Shown in pieces: positions 29,060-43,432 of a stretch of DNA of 64,000 bases. The notes below the pieces were generated by a model, which ran no database searches, had not been told where the DNA came from, and saw nothing but the letters and a program-made list of their open reading frames with translations. The stretch is from the NCBI RefSeq assembly GCF_006345805.1, contig NC_043001.1:52266001-52330000 (forward strand). Reading direction: 5' to 3'. Each line of letters begins with the position of its first letter. Within the stretch, counting starts at the first letter, position 1. This DNA comes from Octopus sinensis (lineage: Eukaryota). The position numbers were made by a program, and so were the translations under genes.

Positions 29060-29420
29060 AGATTTTAGAGGTTGGTATATTTGCTCCTCACTTTGCCAAG
29101 GCTGTCACGCCTGAGTAAATATTACACATTTTCAGTTTCTCAAGTGCTTCTGCAAATGCAGTCACCCAATAAGCAAATATTCATTCACAAACGTCTGCCA
29201 TCACAAGCCCAGTTCAGAGTTAAATCCCCTTTCTTCGCTTCTATTGTAACCTAACACTATATTCCGAACTTGCTGATAGTGTATTATATTCACCCAAAAC
29301 TTCTCTACCATTTGTCATTGGCTTCTGGGAAGAAAGCCGGAAAAGAAATTCTTAAATTGAAAACGTGTAGAATTTCCATTTTCAGTAATGTGCTTTCATT
29401 TGATTTCGTTTTCTAGCACC
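29060..29420 (-). mobile_element. Possible hAT transposase C-terminal remnant
   Basis: KFWVNII...ERGFN...RSKYTNL loosely recalls hAT dimerisation-domain motifs. Many stops; weak. Confidence 0.25.
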
Positions 29421-29611
29421 GAAGTAAAAACACTAAGAAATGATTAGCATCAAACAGCCCAATTATTATGAATGACACTGTCAAAGGAAAGTAGACCAGC
29501 ACCCGTTACACAACGTGTCATTAGTAGAAAACTGTGTTTTTATTAATTATGCCTTTTAATTATTGTTTTACGTGAAAAGATTTTGAAAATGTATTTACTT
29601 TATTCGTGAAG

Positions 29612-29822
29612 TCACAAGAAAAGCACCTTAGCATGCAAAGTGGAGGCCATCTGAAGTGTTGCTCCATCTGAAGTCACCTTTCTACCAGTTGTTTGATCCC
29701 AAGCTGATACCAGTTCTTGTTTTTTGGGTTGAAAAAATTCTTTACTGAAGCTTCCAACTCCATGTTTGATGAAACGTTGCGAGTGCAGTAAGTTATCCAA
29801 TGTCGCTGTTATTGAAGCTAAG
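29612..29822 (-). CDS. Candidate isolated coding exon, product unknown
   Basis: About 69 open codons of non-repetitive composition (SITATLDNLLHSQRFIKHGVG...WDQTTGRKV...). A T-rich ...cttag acceptor precedes it; TGA and AATAAA follow. No homology recognised. Confidence 0.25.
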
Positions 29823-30464
29823 AAGTATTTTATAATAGTATTAAAAAAAAAATTAAAGTTAATATTTAGATTAGTAATGTAAAGTAAAGACTGTAGTGGT
29901 GCATCTATGTCTCTGTACTGCTACTTTTCTCCCTAGCGCTTGTATATAATCTGCATCACTTCTAGAGGAATTTAAATTTAGTAACGAAAGTACACTATCA
30001 AATTTTTCTAATTATCATTACCCAAAAGCTATATCATGATCAATCTTATCTGTCATGTGAAATGTGCAATTTTACTGTCTTCTGCATTCTGGATCAATTA
30101 GGCATATGAAGACAGTGTCACAGAATTTCGTGCATAGTTAGTAAGTTTATAAATTGAATTTAATTTGCCTAACTCGTGAACATATATCAGTTTATACAAT
30201 TATTTAGCTTATAGTAATTTATGGTTTGGGCAAATCGGGAACAATATTCTGATACAATTGCAGCGATGTCATAAAAATTTACAGAAACATATTTTCATTT
30301 CCAAATCCAAATTCCGTTACCTTGTTTAAGAGACATTTATGCAGTTGGCATAGACATAAACATATCAGTAAAATAATAATTCAATATTTGTATAAAATTT
30401 TACATAGCATCGTTAATGATATGGATACATACATACACAAAACACCATCACACACATATTTGCA

Positions 30465-30577
<113 letters not shown>

Positions 30578-31981
30578 GTGTGTCTGTCATGCTATTTAAA
30601 ATTTATATTGCACAAGATTTAAACAGTATTTAGAGCTCCATTTGTTTTGCTATTTGAAGGAAAATTGAGGCGAACTCATTACAATTCACGCTTCATATCT
30701 TTGGAATCTGCTGTTAGTTTGGTCATAGACTATATATATATTAAATGAAAGAAAACAGAAGCGATGGGAAGTAGTTACTCTATAAGCAATCTTTTGTTTT
30801 ATTTGACATATAAGTAGAAAGACAAACGATTGCCTAATATATGGATTTAGATGTAAAGTTGCGTATACAATTTACATTATATAATCATTATCTTTAAAAC
30901 TTTTTCCAATGACTGGTTTATATGAAAATGGATATTATAGAAACAGGTGCATTACTGAAGCAATATTACGGGTATGCATGAAAGCAAAGTAAATATCAGC
31001 TGGCACGTTTATGGATAGCTCTATCATGTGGCACTGTCCCGACTTACGCTTCAGGAGATGAAGGGCAATTGTATGATAGACGATAGTTTATAAATATATA
31101 TTGGGCCTTAAGTTTACAGAGAGACGAAGAGAAGAGGTAGAAGCGAGAGCTATAGAATTAAGTATATGCAGTGGGCAGAGGAAAAGTGAGGTGAAGAGAA
31201 GGTGTATTATTGAAGCGAAGGGAAGTATAGATCGGGTGTTAAATGTACAGTGAAGAGATTATGTGGCAACAGAAACATTGGATAGAGTAATGATACAAGT
31301 TAAGGACCAAGCCAGAAGTAGGAAAAAAAACGAGGAATTTTAGGGCTGCTAACAGTTGATCACTCTTAACTTGTCCTCTACATGCTCATGAGTTAAAAAT
31401 AATGATTGTATCCCTAAGTGATAAGAGATGTGAAAATACGGATCATTTTAAAGAAAATAATAAAGGGTCAGATATAAAATAATTCCTGTAAAGTATAGAG
31501 ACAAGCATTGATAATGTGTTAGTTAGTTGCATCAAGTATAATTCAAATATATAAGAGAGGGAGGGAGAATCATAGGTAGGGTAATGACAACGGATTACTA
31601 ACTAGAGGAAAGGGAAGGCAGAGCAAGAGGGAATGAGCAGTGCACGAGGTTTCCCTCATGACAGAGAGCAAATACGTATAATGAAAACACAAATCATGAC
31701 ATAGGCTAAAAGAGGGAAGTAGGTATAGCAGTTTCGGTTTGTGTTTGGTTTGCAAGATTTTTGATACGAAATCGGGCGTTAAAGGAGATTTGTTCTATCT
31801 TGAAAGGGCCCTTATGCCTACATTAAAAACACGCAGTCGTTCTATTTAATTACTTTTACTTTTAGTCAGTTAGTTATCCTTTAACCAATTGTGTAATCTG
31901 TGTGTGCACTGGTGCGTGCGTATTTTGCCTGATTGTGTGAGCGTGCACACTTGTATGACATGGTGTGGAATCTGTAAATAT

Positions 31982-32023
<42 letters not shown>

Positions 32024-32048
32024 GAGAGAGAGAGAGACAGTGTGTGTG

Positions 32049-32085
<37 letters not shown>

Positions 32086-34084
32086 TGTGTGTGTCTGCAC
32101 GCACATCATTTTACGTGTGTGGTATGGATTCTCTATCGATTTAATTTATTTCCTTTTATCTATTTATTTTATGGTTATTTCCTTTGTGAATGAACTGCAT
32201 ATGCATGAGTGAGCAGCGGAAAATATGGGTGAGTTTAAAGTCCGTATACTTTACTTAATTTTCAGCAGATTCGGATCAAATTGTAAATTTATGGCACTCT
32301 TCAGCTTTCATTATAATAACTCAAAGAAATAAGAAATAATGTATAAACTTGTGCTATCACTGTTAGGTATTTATTGATGCAAACTCTGAAAAGGAAAGGG
32401 CCTATAAATTTACTCATTAAAATAGGTTTAAGTTAATTGAATAAACCTGGCAAATCCATTAGGTAGGGGAATAAAGTTCCACAGACACTCGTATTAATGG
32501 TAGTACAGGTATGGGTATGTCTGCCAGTGTGTATTTGTATTCAGATATGAATCAAGTGCAGACGTGTCAATCAAGAGCTGTAGTCGATGTGGTCACGTGG
32601 TCGACAGTTCCTTACCAACATCTGATCTTGTGCTTATGCTTGGAATAATTTTCATATCCATATATGCTCGTATGTATTTGAAACGAATGTTACAATATAG
32701 AACAGCGATTCTCTAAGAAGCGGTGCAGGTCGTGGGTGTGATGTATATCGTATGTAGGCACTAGTGACAGAAGGAACCATAGGGAGCTGTAGATATATCT
32801 GTGCAGCTTTTAATTTGCGTTTCTAATTTAAATATTAACCTTAATTTTCCCAAAATGATGTTGCGGAAAACTACTTGTTAGCTGCAATTACAAATAACAG
32901 CAATATCAACAACTATGTTAGACATCGAAATTTGAACCAGTAAATTGCCGAAATACAAGAAATTAAACACAAAATAGATTACAAACTACATAATTTTCTC
33001 AAGAACGTCAAGAGAAAAAGATGTTTTATGTGACACATTCTACCAGTATACGAAGTTTAAAAGTGTTTAATTACGAAGAAATTATTTTAAAAATCTGCCG
33101 GTCAAAGTGGAAAGATCCTACAATATATATACATATACTTGCGCAATTTGTGATGTTAGATTATCATGTAAGTGCAATTTTCTACAAAGGCTGTGCAACA
33201 ATTACAATTAACAACCATATTTCACTGCATTAACAGTTTCGCTTTGGGTTAACATTTCGTGATAGACAAAACCTTTTATATCCCATCACCAACACAGAGC
33301 GTAACTGGTTTGTGGAGGAATTTTCTATTTTCAATCGCTGCTAACATTATCGTTTTTGAGGGATATAATTATAGCGAACTCACTTGTGATGAATCTAGTC
33401 AGGAAATGTTCTGTAACAAACTTACACCTCAATGAGGAAGAAAGGGCATCTCCTTGATTAAACCAAGGATAAATCAGACGATGCAAGACCCACTGGATAA
33501 TTTTAGACTATATCTCAAGTTCATGAAACCGTTTTATGATCAAAGTGTGACTTGAATTGAATTGTTTGGCTAATTTTCGTACAATTTATTTTGGATTTCC
33601 TGTAGACAGAACGAATGTTGTGGTCAATTCTATGGTGAAGGGTCAATTTTGAATTCATAAATCATGCAGCATCTGCTATAGGTGTGCTTCTAACCTATTT
33701 AAATAAGAATTTAGTAAAGTAAACAGCAAATAAAGAAAAAATAATAAAAATGCTTGTATATTGGAAATATTTAAAACTTTCTCTCAAAGCGATCACGTCA
33801 AAAATGCAATAAACATTTTCAAACTAATATAATATATGTGAACTGCCCAAAGGCAAGCGACAAGAAGGTTCGTAGGTGTGTACGCATGCATGGACACTCG
33901 CACATAGTGTTTGGTCACACAGACAGCAACTATAGAGAAGCAAATCTCAGCTAACCACACATATGCTCCTCCCACACTACGCCATTATTAGGCATGAAAA
34001 ATATATTAGAAAATCTCTTAAAGTTGTTACAAATTTAGTAATATATTGAACTCACACACCCCTCCCTCTCCTCCTCCTCGTCGT

Positions 34085-34640
34085 CGTCGTCGTCGTCGTC
34101 ATCGTCCTTGTAGTCATCAACTCCTTTAGCTGATGCAGCCAATCGTTGGCGTGCCATTCTACATATTTTCGGTTCCGCCCTCGTCACAAGTTTCTGTTCC
34201 ATGCCATGCATAGCAATCTCGCTGTGTTGTGACCTGCCCAGTCCTTGATGTTGCCTAACCAGGATTTTAACTCTTTCAGCCTCCGAAAGTGGTTTTGGAG
34301 ATATGTAAATGTACCAGGCAAGCTTTTGTCTTTTTAACTGCGTAAGGAGTGATCTCTTTTATGCCAGTGTATTTGCTTACTTGCTGCCTGACAAAGCAGT
34401 TTGTTTTGTGCTCTGAGTAAGGACGTGTATCAGCTTTCTGAAGAATTTGTGCTCAAATGCCTGGATTCCTTCATACATGTCAGCAGTAAGAGTCCCGCTC
34501 TCACACCGATACAGAAGGATCGAAGTTACCAGACTAGTTTACACTCAGTATTGTTGGAAATTGCTTTTCTATATGATGTTCAGGTGCTTCAGGACAGCAG
34601 AGGCTTCTTATCATATTTTGAGATATGGTGATAAAATCGA
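34085..34640 (-). mobile_element. RTE-clade LINE 3' fragment with (GAC/GAT)n tail
   Basis: Minus strand: ...LTADMYEGIQAFEHKFFRKLI...EHKTNCFVRQQV...WLGNIKDWAG, ending gatgacgacgacgac. Confidence 0.75.
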
Positions 34641-35120
34641 CCTGTAAAATAGCAGTGAAGCGGAACTGCAGTAACATATTATCATACAGGAAAAAGTACA
34701 GGATAGAGATCAGCTCATAAAAAGAAAGATTATGGTTAATAATAACTACCAAAACAAAATAACACTCATCATGCTAAATGGAGGAGGAGGAGGAGGAGGT
34801 GTGGTGAAGAAAACTCCAACTATCTAGGATCCACTTTGGACTCAACCACACCCAAATATACATATATCTATGTTTCTGTCTGTTTATATTTATGTGTGTG
34901 TATTTGTGTGAATGGCGGGGTGTTCATATATTGTGTGTATGCGTGTGTGTATGCTTATGTATATACATTAGTGTGTTTGTATGTTCGTGTGTATGTATGT
35001 GTATATATACATGTGCGTGTATATGAGTGCGTGTGTATATATATATATGTGTGTGTGTATATATGTATGTATATATGTGTGTATACATATATATATGTGT
35101 GTGTATATATATTGTGTATG

Positions 35121-35152
<32 letters not shown>

Positions 35153-35331
35153 CGTCGGTGTGTGTGTGGGGGGTGTAGGTGTTTGTGTGTGTGTGTATGC
35201 ATGTATATATGTTTATATGTGTGTGTATATATATATATGTACCTATATATATATATGTATATATATAAGCCAGTGTTTAAGCCATGTCAACATAAAAGGA
35301 AGACGGTAAATGGTGATGATGATGATCATAT

Positions 35332-35378
<47 letters not shown>

Positions 35379-35548
35379 GGATAGTTAGATAGATAGATTT
35401 TACTTTATACAATGAAATAACGTTGATGAATGCCACTTTCCCAATGATCTTACATTACTTGAAATGTGCAAAGGCTTTTGAATGAAGCGTGTGCGTATGT
35501 GTGTATGCGAGAGAGAGAGAGAAATAGAAAGAGAGCTACTGAGCGAGG

Positions 35549-35590
<42 letters not shown>

Positions 35591-37418
35591 GAGAAAGAAA
35601 GAGACGATTTTAGGAAGTCAATTAAAATGTCTCTGCTGGAAAGACAAAATATCTGAAAAGGTATGGCGGAGCAAAGGTTATGTATGAAGTTTGTATGAGT
35701 ATGTAAGTGTGAAAAAGAACGGAGACAGGAGGGAGGAAGTCGTTGAAGAACACATGATTTATTATACTAACAGTATAGATATAGTGTAAAATTATTTCTC
35801 AAATGTTTTCCAAGTATCGAAAAAAGCAAGAAAGTAATCATTTATCTTTACTGAAACCAATTGCCTAGGGCGGTAGAGAGCAAGTAAGAAAGAACGAGTG
35901 GGGTGGCAGACAGACAGCGACAGATATATGCAACAGTGAATATAAATATGTCTTGTGACTGATGGCAGTAAAAAAACACCAGTTTTTATGACAGTAGCGT
36001 GTATTTGAATCTTTAATAATAAAAAATTCCGTGAAACGGTTTTTTGATATTAATGTATTAAAACATACCTTTTTTAAAGAATTTTTTAGACAATGGTATG
36101 TTTAATAATTAATTTCTTGTAGCAGAAGTTACATAATTTTAACTGATTAATACACAACTTTCTCTATTATAGTATAAACTATATCCTGCTAAATATGGAT
36201 CTCAGATTAATCCGCTTCAACTATATTTATCAACCTTGTTCAGATATGGACTCCTTAAATGGTTCAAGTTGTTTCTACATTACAATATATTTTGCTCTCT
36301 TCATCTACACCCCCGGGAAACCACTGTATGCATCTCTCCTTTTATTGTCACCACTCTGTTTCATTTTCATTACAGCTTTCTGGAAATATAGTCATCGTGA
36401 ATGTTTTTCACAAATTAACTGCAGGAATACAACGTTAGCTAACAATATCGCTTTCAGCTGCTTGTATATGATATTGAAGTTCGCAGATTCCGTATTTCTT
36501 GCTGAAAGTTAATATGAAAAAATATCGACACTGTAAATGTTATACAGTTTTGATAGCAATGGAATTGTTAAACTGTAGAAATAAACATTTATACATACTT
36601 TAGAATATCTAACTTCAAATACCGGTGATGATGATACTATAAGACTTGTTAATGATGTAAAAGTTGTTAGCAATCAAATTAGTTTTTGTTCCTCAGATGT
36701 AAGTAGTAACTGTATTTCAGACGAGCACTATATCTTATACATAAATGGCAATTTATGTCTGTCTGTCAGAGTTGCTGTCTACACTAGTGAACCAATCTTC
36801 ACAAAACTTTGCATACATATTAAACTAATATCCAGGTAAATTATAATTTAGCTGGATTTCAATAAAAATCTATGACAAGTAATGTAAGATCATTGAGGAA
36901 AGTGACATTTAACAATGTTATTATATGATAAATTGAAGAGAGTGAAAATGTTTGAGCGAGGGAAATCTAGTGACATAGTGAATGTGACTGACATCAGGGA
37001 AGGGCAGAACAGCATTGTGTAAGCTACAAATGTCATATATACGCGACGTTGCGTACATACTTTGGTAAATACATAGATACATGCATACACATGCATACAT
37101 ATGCGCATACACAAAACACACTACACACGCACACAAACCGCATACACACAAATACTGTATACGCATTGCACGCACAATCACACTACACACACATACACAC
37201 ATAACGCACACACATTGCAAACATACACACAACACACACACAGTGCACTTACAGGCACATGGGTAACTTTTAAAAAGCCAAGGGAAAGAAAGGTGGGTGT
37301 GAGGAATAGGTAGATTTGAGGAGAGTGTGGGTGTGTGACTTTTCTGCTGTTCATTGAAAAGAAATACTCTCACACATGCACACACGCGCACGCACATACA
37401 TACATACACACACACACA

Positions 37419-37478
<60 letters not shown>

Positions 37479-38286
37479 CGTACACACACACACATGCATT
37501 CGTACATACATACATATGTCAACTATACAGCATTTTAAACTCGTGATTACCTGTGTGTACGTTTGTAAAAGTGTGTGTGTTTCACGCCCTATAACTGTCT
37601 GTCTCGCTACTATTGTAGGGTCTTCCCTGATGCTATCACATATTGTTCAATTTTAAAATTATGTACAAAGTTTCTACTTTGGCCTATTGAAATAATTTTT
37701 CTACGTTAAATCCGATTTTGTTATTCATTTGTTCAAAAAATTGCAGAAATATGTTACTGAGGTTTAAATTGTTATCAGTTTTGCCTAATCAGAAAATAGG
37801 ATTTGCGACGTGGCATTTTCTGCTTGATAGCTTTCTATCATAAAATGAAAGCAAAATCATTACGAGAAGGAATTTGTATTAAACAAACGAAAGCAAAGCA
37901 TTACGACGTCCAAAGCTGTAAGAATTTCTGAAGTTTTAATAGGTTTTAATGAATAAAGTAACGTGAAACGGTCGAACAAACATGTAAATAATTTAAAAAG
38001 GGAAATTATTCTCAACGAATATTTTGCAAAAAAGTGTACAAATCTGTCCTGATCAAGAGGCTAATTTGTAGGCGTAGGCACAGTCTGATACGGAAGAAAC
38101 AAAAGTGTATATAAGACATTCTATTGTAAAAATTCCCCGGCAATGACGTGCTATTCAGCTAGTAATTCATATTCGAAGACAAGATGCACATTTTAAAACA
38201 GATAAACTTATTCTAAGAAACAGAAAATAGGACTTCTATTAGTTATGAAGAATTAGGGCTCCCTGAACGATATATATATATATATA

Positions 38287-38317
<31 letters not shown>

Positions 38318-40300
38318 GTGTGTGTGTGTGTGTGTGTGTGTGTGTCTTTATAGATATATAAGAATTTTTTGCGTAATAAGATAAAAAGACTAAGGCTGTG
38401 TAAATATTAGAGCATTTATATAAAGAAGGTCTTACAGCTGCTTCAACTTCTCGCTATCATAAGCACTTATCCCAGGTAACGCTTCAGTAATATATATATA
38501 TATATTCTGTGTGTGTATATCAATGCATGATTTCATAGTTGTATGCAAACAGAAGCAATTTACAACAACGTAACAGATACATAGATTGTTAGTATTTATA
38601 GGATGTAAAAATATGAAAAACTTCACTATCTACAACAGCGAGAAATCTTATAAAACTAATTTTAAATGAATTCATAATCTCTTTGATATTAGCGCTTCTG
38701 TCATTTCGTTAATATGTTACAGACTAGCCCATCGAAATTTAATTATCTACCCCCCGGCACACAGACTCTAATCATGAAAGGTGTTTGAAATCGTTCCCAA
38801 TTTATCAATAATTCTGAAGATGAATGAAGCATTACATCGTTTATATACTCGATGTCATTACATCTGACACATCAAATAATTTCCTCTCTCCATTATTTCA
38901 TTTTCCCCATTTTCAATGGATAGTTAAATGAGATGAAAAAAACAGAAACACACGGAGAATGCAGCTTATATCCCAACATAATTTACAAAGGTATTTCCAT
39001 CACTCATTTCATAAATTTATTATCAAACTCTTTTATCTCTTCCTTTTTTTTACATTTCAATTGGAGATAGATTTACACTGGAAAAAGTTCTCGCTCCTGA
39101 TATATCTTGCAATTTTAATATCCGAATTGTTATTAGAAAGCCAGATGCGTACAAGTCTGATGAATGATAATGTTCTATACAGTCATAACGATTCTGTCCG
39201 CTGGGGGTATTGTCTGGATGCAATCACTTAAAACAGCGTGTTTTCCTATTTATATTGAGAAAGCTGATTTTGCTTTCTGACAGAGTAGAAGCAAATATAT
39301 GTTTGAGTATGGAATCTACAGGCGAGCTGCCTATTTTCGGACACAACTGACAGTTACAGACAAAATAACAAATGCATGAGACCATAAATCGTATTTGCGT
39401 TGATGTTTAAGTTGAGATCACCACCTGTGTGGCTAATTGCTCTTGATGTTCCATTAGTGACAGCTTGCTTAGCCTATCATAGCAACCGATGTTTAAGCAA
39501 CAGTATTTTATTTATTGTGGAGCTCAGATCAGGTTTATTATGCAAAATTAACGGTTGGTTTACAAAATCTGATAACTTTTATTTTTATAACGGAATAATA
39601 TAGCCGTCGCTGGAAACTGACTGACAGATCAAAAGAAGAAAAAGCATTTATAACATTTGAAGTTTATCGAAACGCTCCACAAGGAAATTGTAAGTTAACT
39701 TGTAAATGTAGGCTTTATTAGGAATGATAACTTTATTCAAAGATTTGCTAAACTAAATATATTTGTTTTTGCTGTGTGATCCCTCAAACATTTGGGCTGC
39801 TATCACTTCCTGATTTAGCAACATTCCTCATTATTTCTTCATTTATCAATCCATTTAAAATGTTGAAGTTCAACTTGCATGCAGCTTAGAACAATTAGCA
39901 TCGTATTTGACGAAAGAATCCATAATGGTGGAATGTCACAAATTGTGGACATGGAAAGATAATATTATGCTATGAAGAAAGAACGATCACAATTTGGGTG
40001 GCGTTTGGGGGTTATCAGTAGAATTTCACAATTTCATCTCTTTTATACCACCATGGCACATGGCCTCGTCATGTGGTGCAGGAAAAGGTAATATAAACGG
40101 CACAGCATATAACCTTTAATAGAATATCAGCAACGCATTTGACTGGAAGGAGGGAATGTATAATAATTAGGTACAGTAACACATACACTCACACACACAC
40201 ACGCATACACTTACACACACATACACACTTACATACACACACACACACACACACGCACACACACACTAGTACATGCGTATATATACGTCTCTCGCTTCTC

Positions 40301-40334
<34 letters not shown>

Positions 40335-40719
40335 GGAGGTTTCCTTTTATATGTATGTGTGTGCGTGCGTACGTGTATATATGCATGTGCACATTTTTGA
40401 CATTGCTCCGCCTACACTTAACTTGTCACACTTGCAGTCATAAAAATAAGCGAGCAATTGAGGACTGAGCCAGTGGAAACCTGTAATTATCAGTGAATTT
40501 TACATGAATTGCAATAAAAAGAACGCGAAATAGGTTATTAAATCTCCATACAACGTATACAATAAATGATAAGACAGTATAATACATTGTCTATACCAAA
40601 ATTTACACAAACTATCTTCAGAAAACATCAGTGATAAGTATTTGAGATTTATACTTCTATCATAAATCTGCAAATGAATGATTTCTTACCTTCAGTATTT
40701 AGTTAATATTGCTTAGTAT

Positions 40720-40934
40720 CAAGGCGGCAAGCTGGCTGAAACATTAGCACGCCGGGCGAACTTCTTGTCAGTATTTTGTCTGTCTTTACGTTCTGAGTTC
40801 AAATTCCGCCGAGGTCGACTTTGCCTTTCATCCTTTCGGGGTCGATAAGTTAAGTGCCAGTTGCTTACTGGTATTTAACTTAATCGACTAACTCCCTCCC
40901 CAACAATTTCGAGCATTGTGCTTAGAGTAGAAAA
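40720..40934 (+). mobile_element. tRNA-derived SINE with 16-bp TSD
   Basis: A-box-like tggctgaaacattagc and B-box gagttcaaattcc. TAATATTGCTTAGTAT is duplicated at 40704-40719 and 40935-40950. Confidence 0.92.
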
Positions 40935-41019
40935 TAATATTGCTTAGTATTACTAGTTTAATATTTTCTTCATATGACGAAAATGAAACGATGAGACTGA
41001 TATAAACTTAGATAAACTT

Positions 41020-42200
41020 AGATATGTTTCGACTAAAGATTGGTCCAGGCCATGTCTAACTTAATAGCACCACCCGATAGGATTATTCGAATCCTGTTTC
41101 AGTCAAGTTTTGTTTATGGTCCATTCAAGTAGTGAGTTCTTGTTGGGTGAGTTGTATCCAATTATGGGTGGCTTATCTGGCATTCCTTGAAGGAATCTAT
41201 CCAGACTCCGTTTAAAGTTGATGGGATCCTTTTTCCTCTTTGATCTCCCTCGGGACAATGTTAAATAGGGCAGGGCCTGTTGAGGAAAAGAAATTATGTT
41301 GCAGTGTACATATATTCTGTGATCATGAATTGGGCAGGGGACGTATGGCCCGTGGTCCCAGTCTTGGATGAACCTTGAAGCTAATGTTAAGGTCGTTTGG
41401 GCAAAGTTGGCGGTATATTCTCCACATCGTACAAATGATGTACCGCTCACGGCGACGCTGGAGAGAGTAAAGTTTCAAGGCTTTAAGGCGATCCCAATAA
41501 TCGAGAGCAGCCATGCCTTCAATTCGTTTAGTGAGTGCCTTCTGGGGTGACTCAATCCTAGAGATGTTTTGTCTTGTATGGGGAGACCACAGTGGGCAGC
41601 AATATTCGAGGTGTGGCCGTACAAAGGAGGAGAAAAGTGGTATGATGACACCTTGTTCTCTGGACCGGAAAGTTCTTAAGATCCAGGATATTATGGTCTA
41701 CCCTGTCGAACGCTTTACTGAAGTCAAGATATATGATGTCAGAGTTCGAACCTGTTTCCAAGGCTTTGAGTACATCGTCAATGTGGTGTAAGAGCTGTGT
41801 TAGACAGTCCCTGCCACAGCGAAAGCCATGCTGATTTGCATTTAGGAGTTTGTGGGTCTTTAGGAAGTCAGCTATCCTTGATCTTAACACTCTTTCAAAC
41901 ACTTTAATGATGTGGGAGGTGAGTGAGATTGGGCGATAGAAGACTGCGAGGGATCTGTTTCCCTGTTTGAAAACCGGGATGACCGACTGGGATAGAAACT
42001 GTTTCGGTATATAACCTGCGTCTAATTAATTTCTCCAGAGGTTGGTCAGAGGGACTGCAAGTTGGTGTCTACATTCCTTCAGGAGACTAGCGGGGTATCT
42101 ATCAGGGCCTACAGCAGAGTAGTATTTGACCTCATTTATTGCTGCTACGATGTCAGTGGCAGTGAAGGTTATGTCTGAGATTTTATATTCACCGGTAACA
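41020..42200 (-). mobile_element. CR1-group LINE, 5'-truncated, with most of the RT deleted
   Basis: YRPISLTSHIIKVFERV, NQHGFRCGRDCLTQLL, IYLDFSKAFDRVDH, then WILRTF...RPHLEYCCPLWSP and LKLYSLQRRRERY. Short tandem tail (atctaagttt) twice. Confidence 0.9.
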
Positions 42201-42221
42201 TTAATTAAATTGAACTTACTA

Positions 42222-43432
42222 TCAGGTCATCCCATAAGTTCTGTTCGAATTTTGAATAAAGAAAACAAGTGATCAAATATTATATTTAATTGAAATTTAC
42301 TCAATGTACTTTCCCTGATTATCTATGACTTCCTTCCATCTATTTACAAGCTTTTTAATCACATAAATGTAAAACTCTTTTGGTTTCAAAGCGAAGAACT
42401 CTGAAATGTCAGTTTCGACCTCTTCCTGGCTTGCGAAGGTTATGTCCCCAAATGATCCCGTAAACTACGAAACAAATGGTAGTCTGAAGGTGCAAGGTCG
42501 GAAGAATAAAGTAGATGAATTTTTTCCTAACCAAGCTCTTCGATCTTCTGTGATGGGATCTTTGCAGTGTGGAGTCGGGCATTGTCCTGATGAAACATCA
42601 CTCCTTTTCGATTCACTTAATCGGGTCTTTTATTCTTCAAAGCTTGGTACAATCGCTCTAATTGCTGACAGTAGACTTGAGCAGTGATAGTTTGCATTAG
42701 GTGGTAACAATTCAAAGTGAATTACTCGTTTGCAATCCGACGAGATAGAGAGAAGAACCTTTTTTTTATTCCATGAAGTTCCCTTCTCGGTTGTGCTTGA
42801 GCTTTTCCTCTTTTACGGAGCCACTGTTTACGATGTTTAGCATTTCGATAGAGATTCCATTTTTCGTCACCAGTCACAAGTCTACCCAAAAAGGGTGAAA
42901 TGAGTTAGCGAGAATGGAGAGAAGTGTAGATGTCAACTCAGGATTTGCGGTTGCTTTCGGACAATTCATGAGGAAACCTATTTTCCAAGTTTAGGAACCT
43001 TTCGAAATTGTTGAAGATGACGATGAACCGTTGTATGGTTTGAATAACTGGACGTCCTGTTCGATCTTCATCTTCAAGGCTGAAATCTCCACTTCTGAAA
43101 TTTGCAAGCCATCTTCTGCAAGTTGTTTCATTCAAGCATTCTTTCCCATTAACTGAGTGTAGGTTTCGAGTCGCGTCAGCTGCAGAGTTTCCTTTTTTGT
43201 ACTCATAAAGCATTATGTGCCTTAAATGCTCTTTGGAAACTTCCATGTTAGGAAGGGTTTTAATGAAAGAAATTATAATTCTATTTTTCTGTAAAATAAT
43301 ATTTAATTAGTTTAAATGTACACAAATGCATAAAAATAAGTTGTAATTCTATTAGACATTCTAAAATACTATTAAATTTCATTCAATATTTAAAAAAAAG
43401 TAAAATCGGACAGAACTTATGGGATGAGCTGT
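42222..43432 (-). mobile_element. Full-length-size mariner transposon with decayed transposase (ATG at 43246)
   Basis: TIRs tcaggtcatcccataagttctgttcgaatttt and aaaatcggacagaacttatgggatgagctgt, each flanked by TA. MEVSKEHLRHIMLYEYKKGNSAADATRNL...FRSGDFSLEDEDRTGRP is a mariner HTH domain. Confidence 0.93.

Noticed and set aside
37925-37985. CTGAAGT...GAAACGGTC as a hammerhead
   Set aside because: The core is mutated, there is no helix II, and helix I is only marginal.
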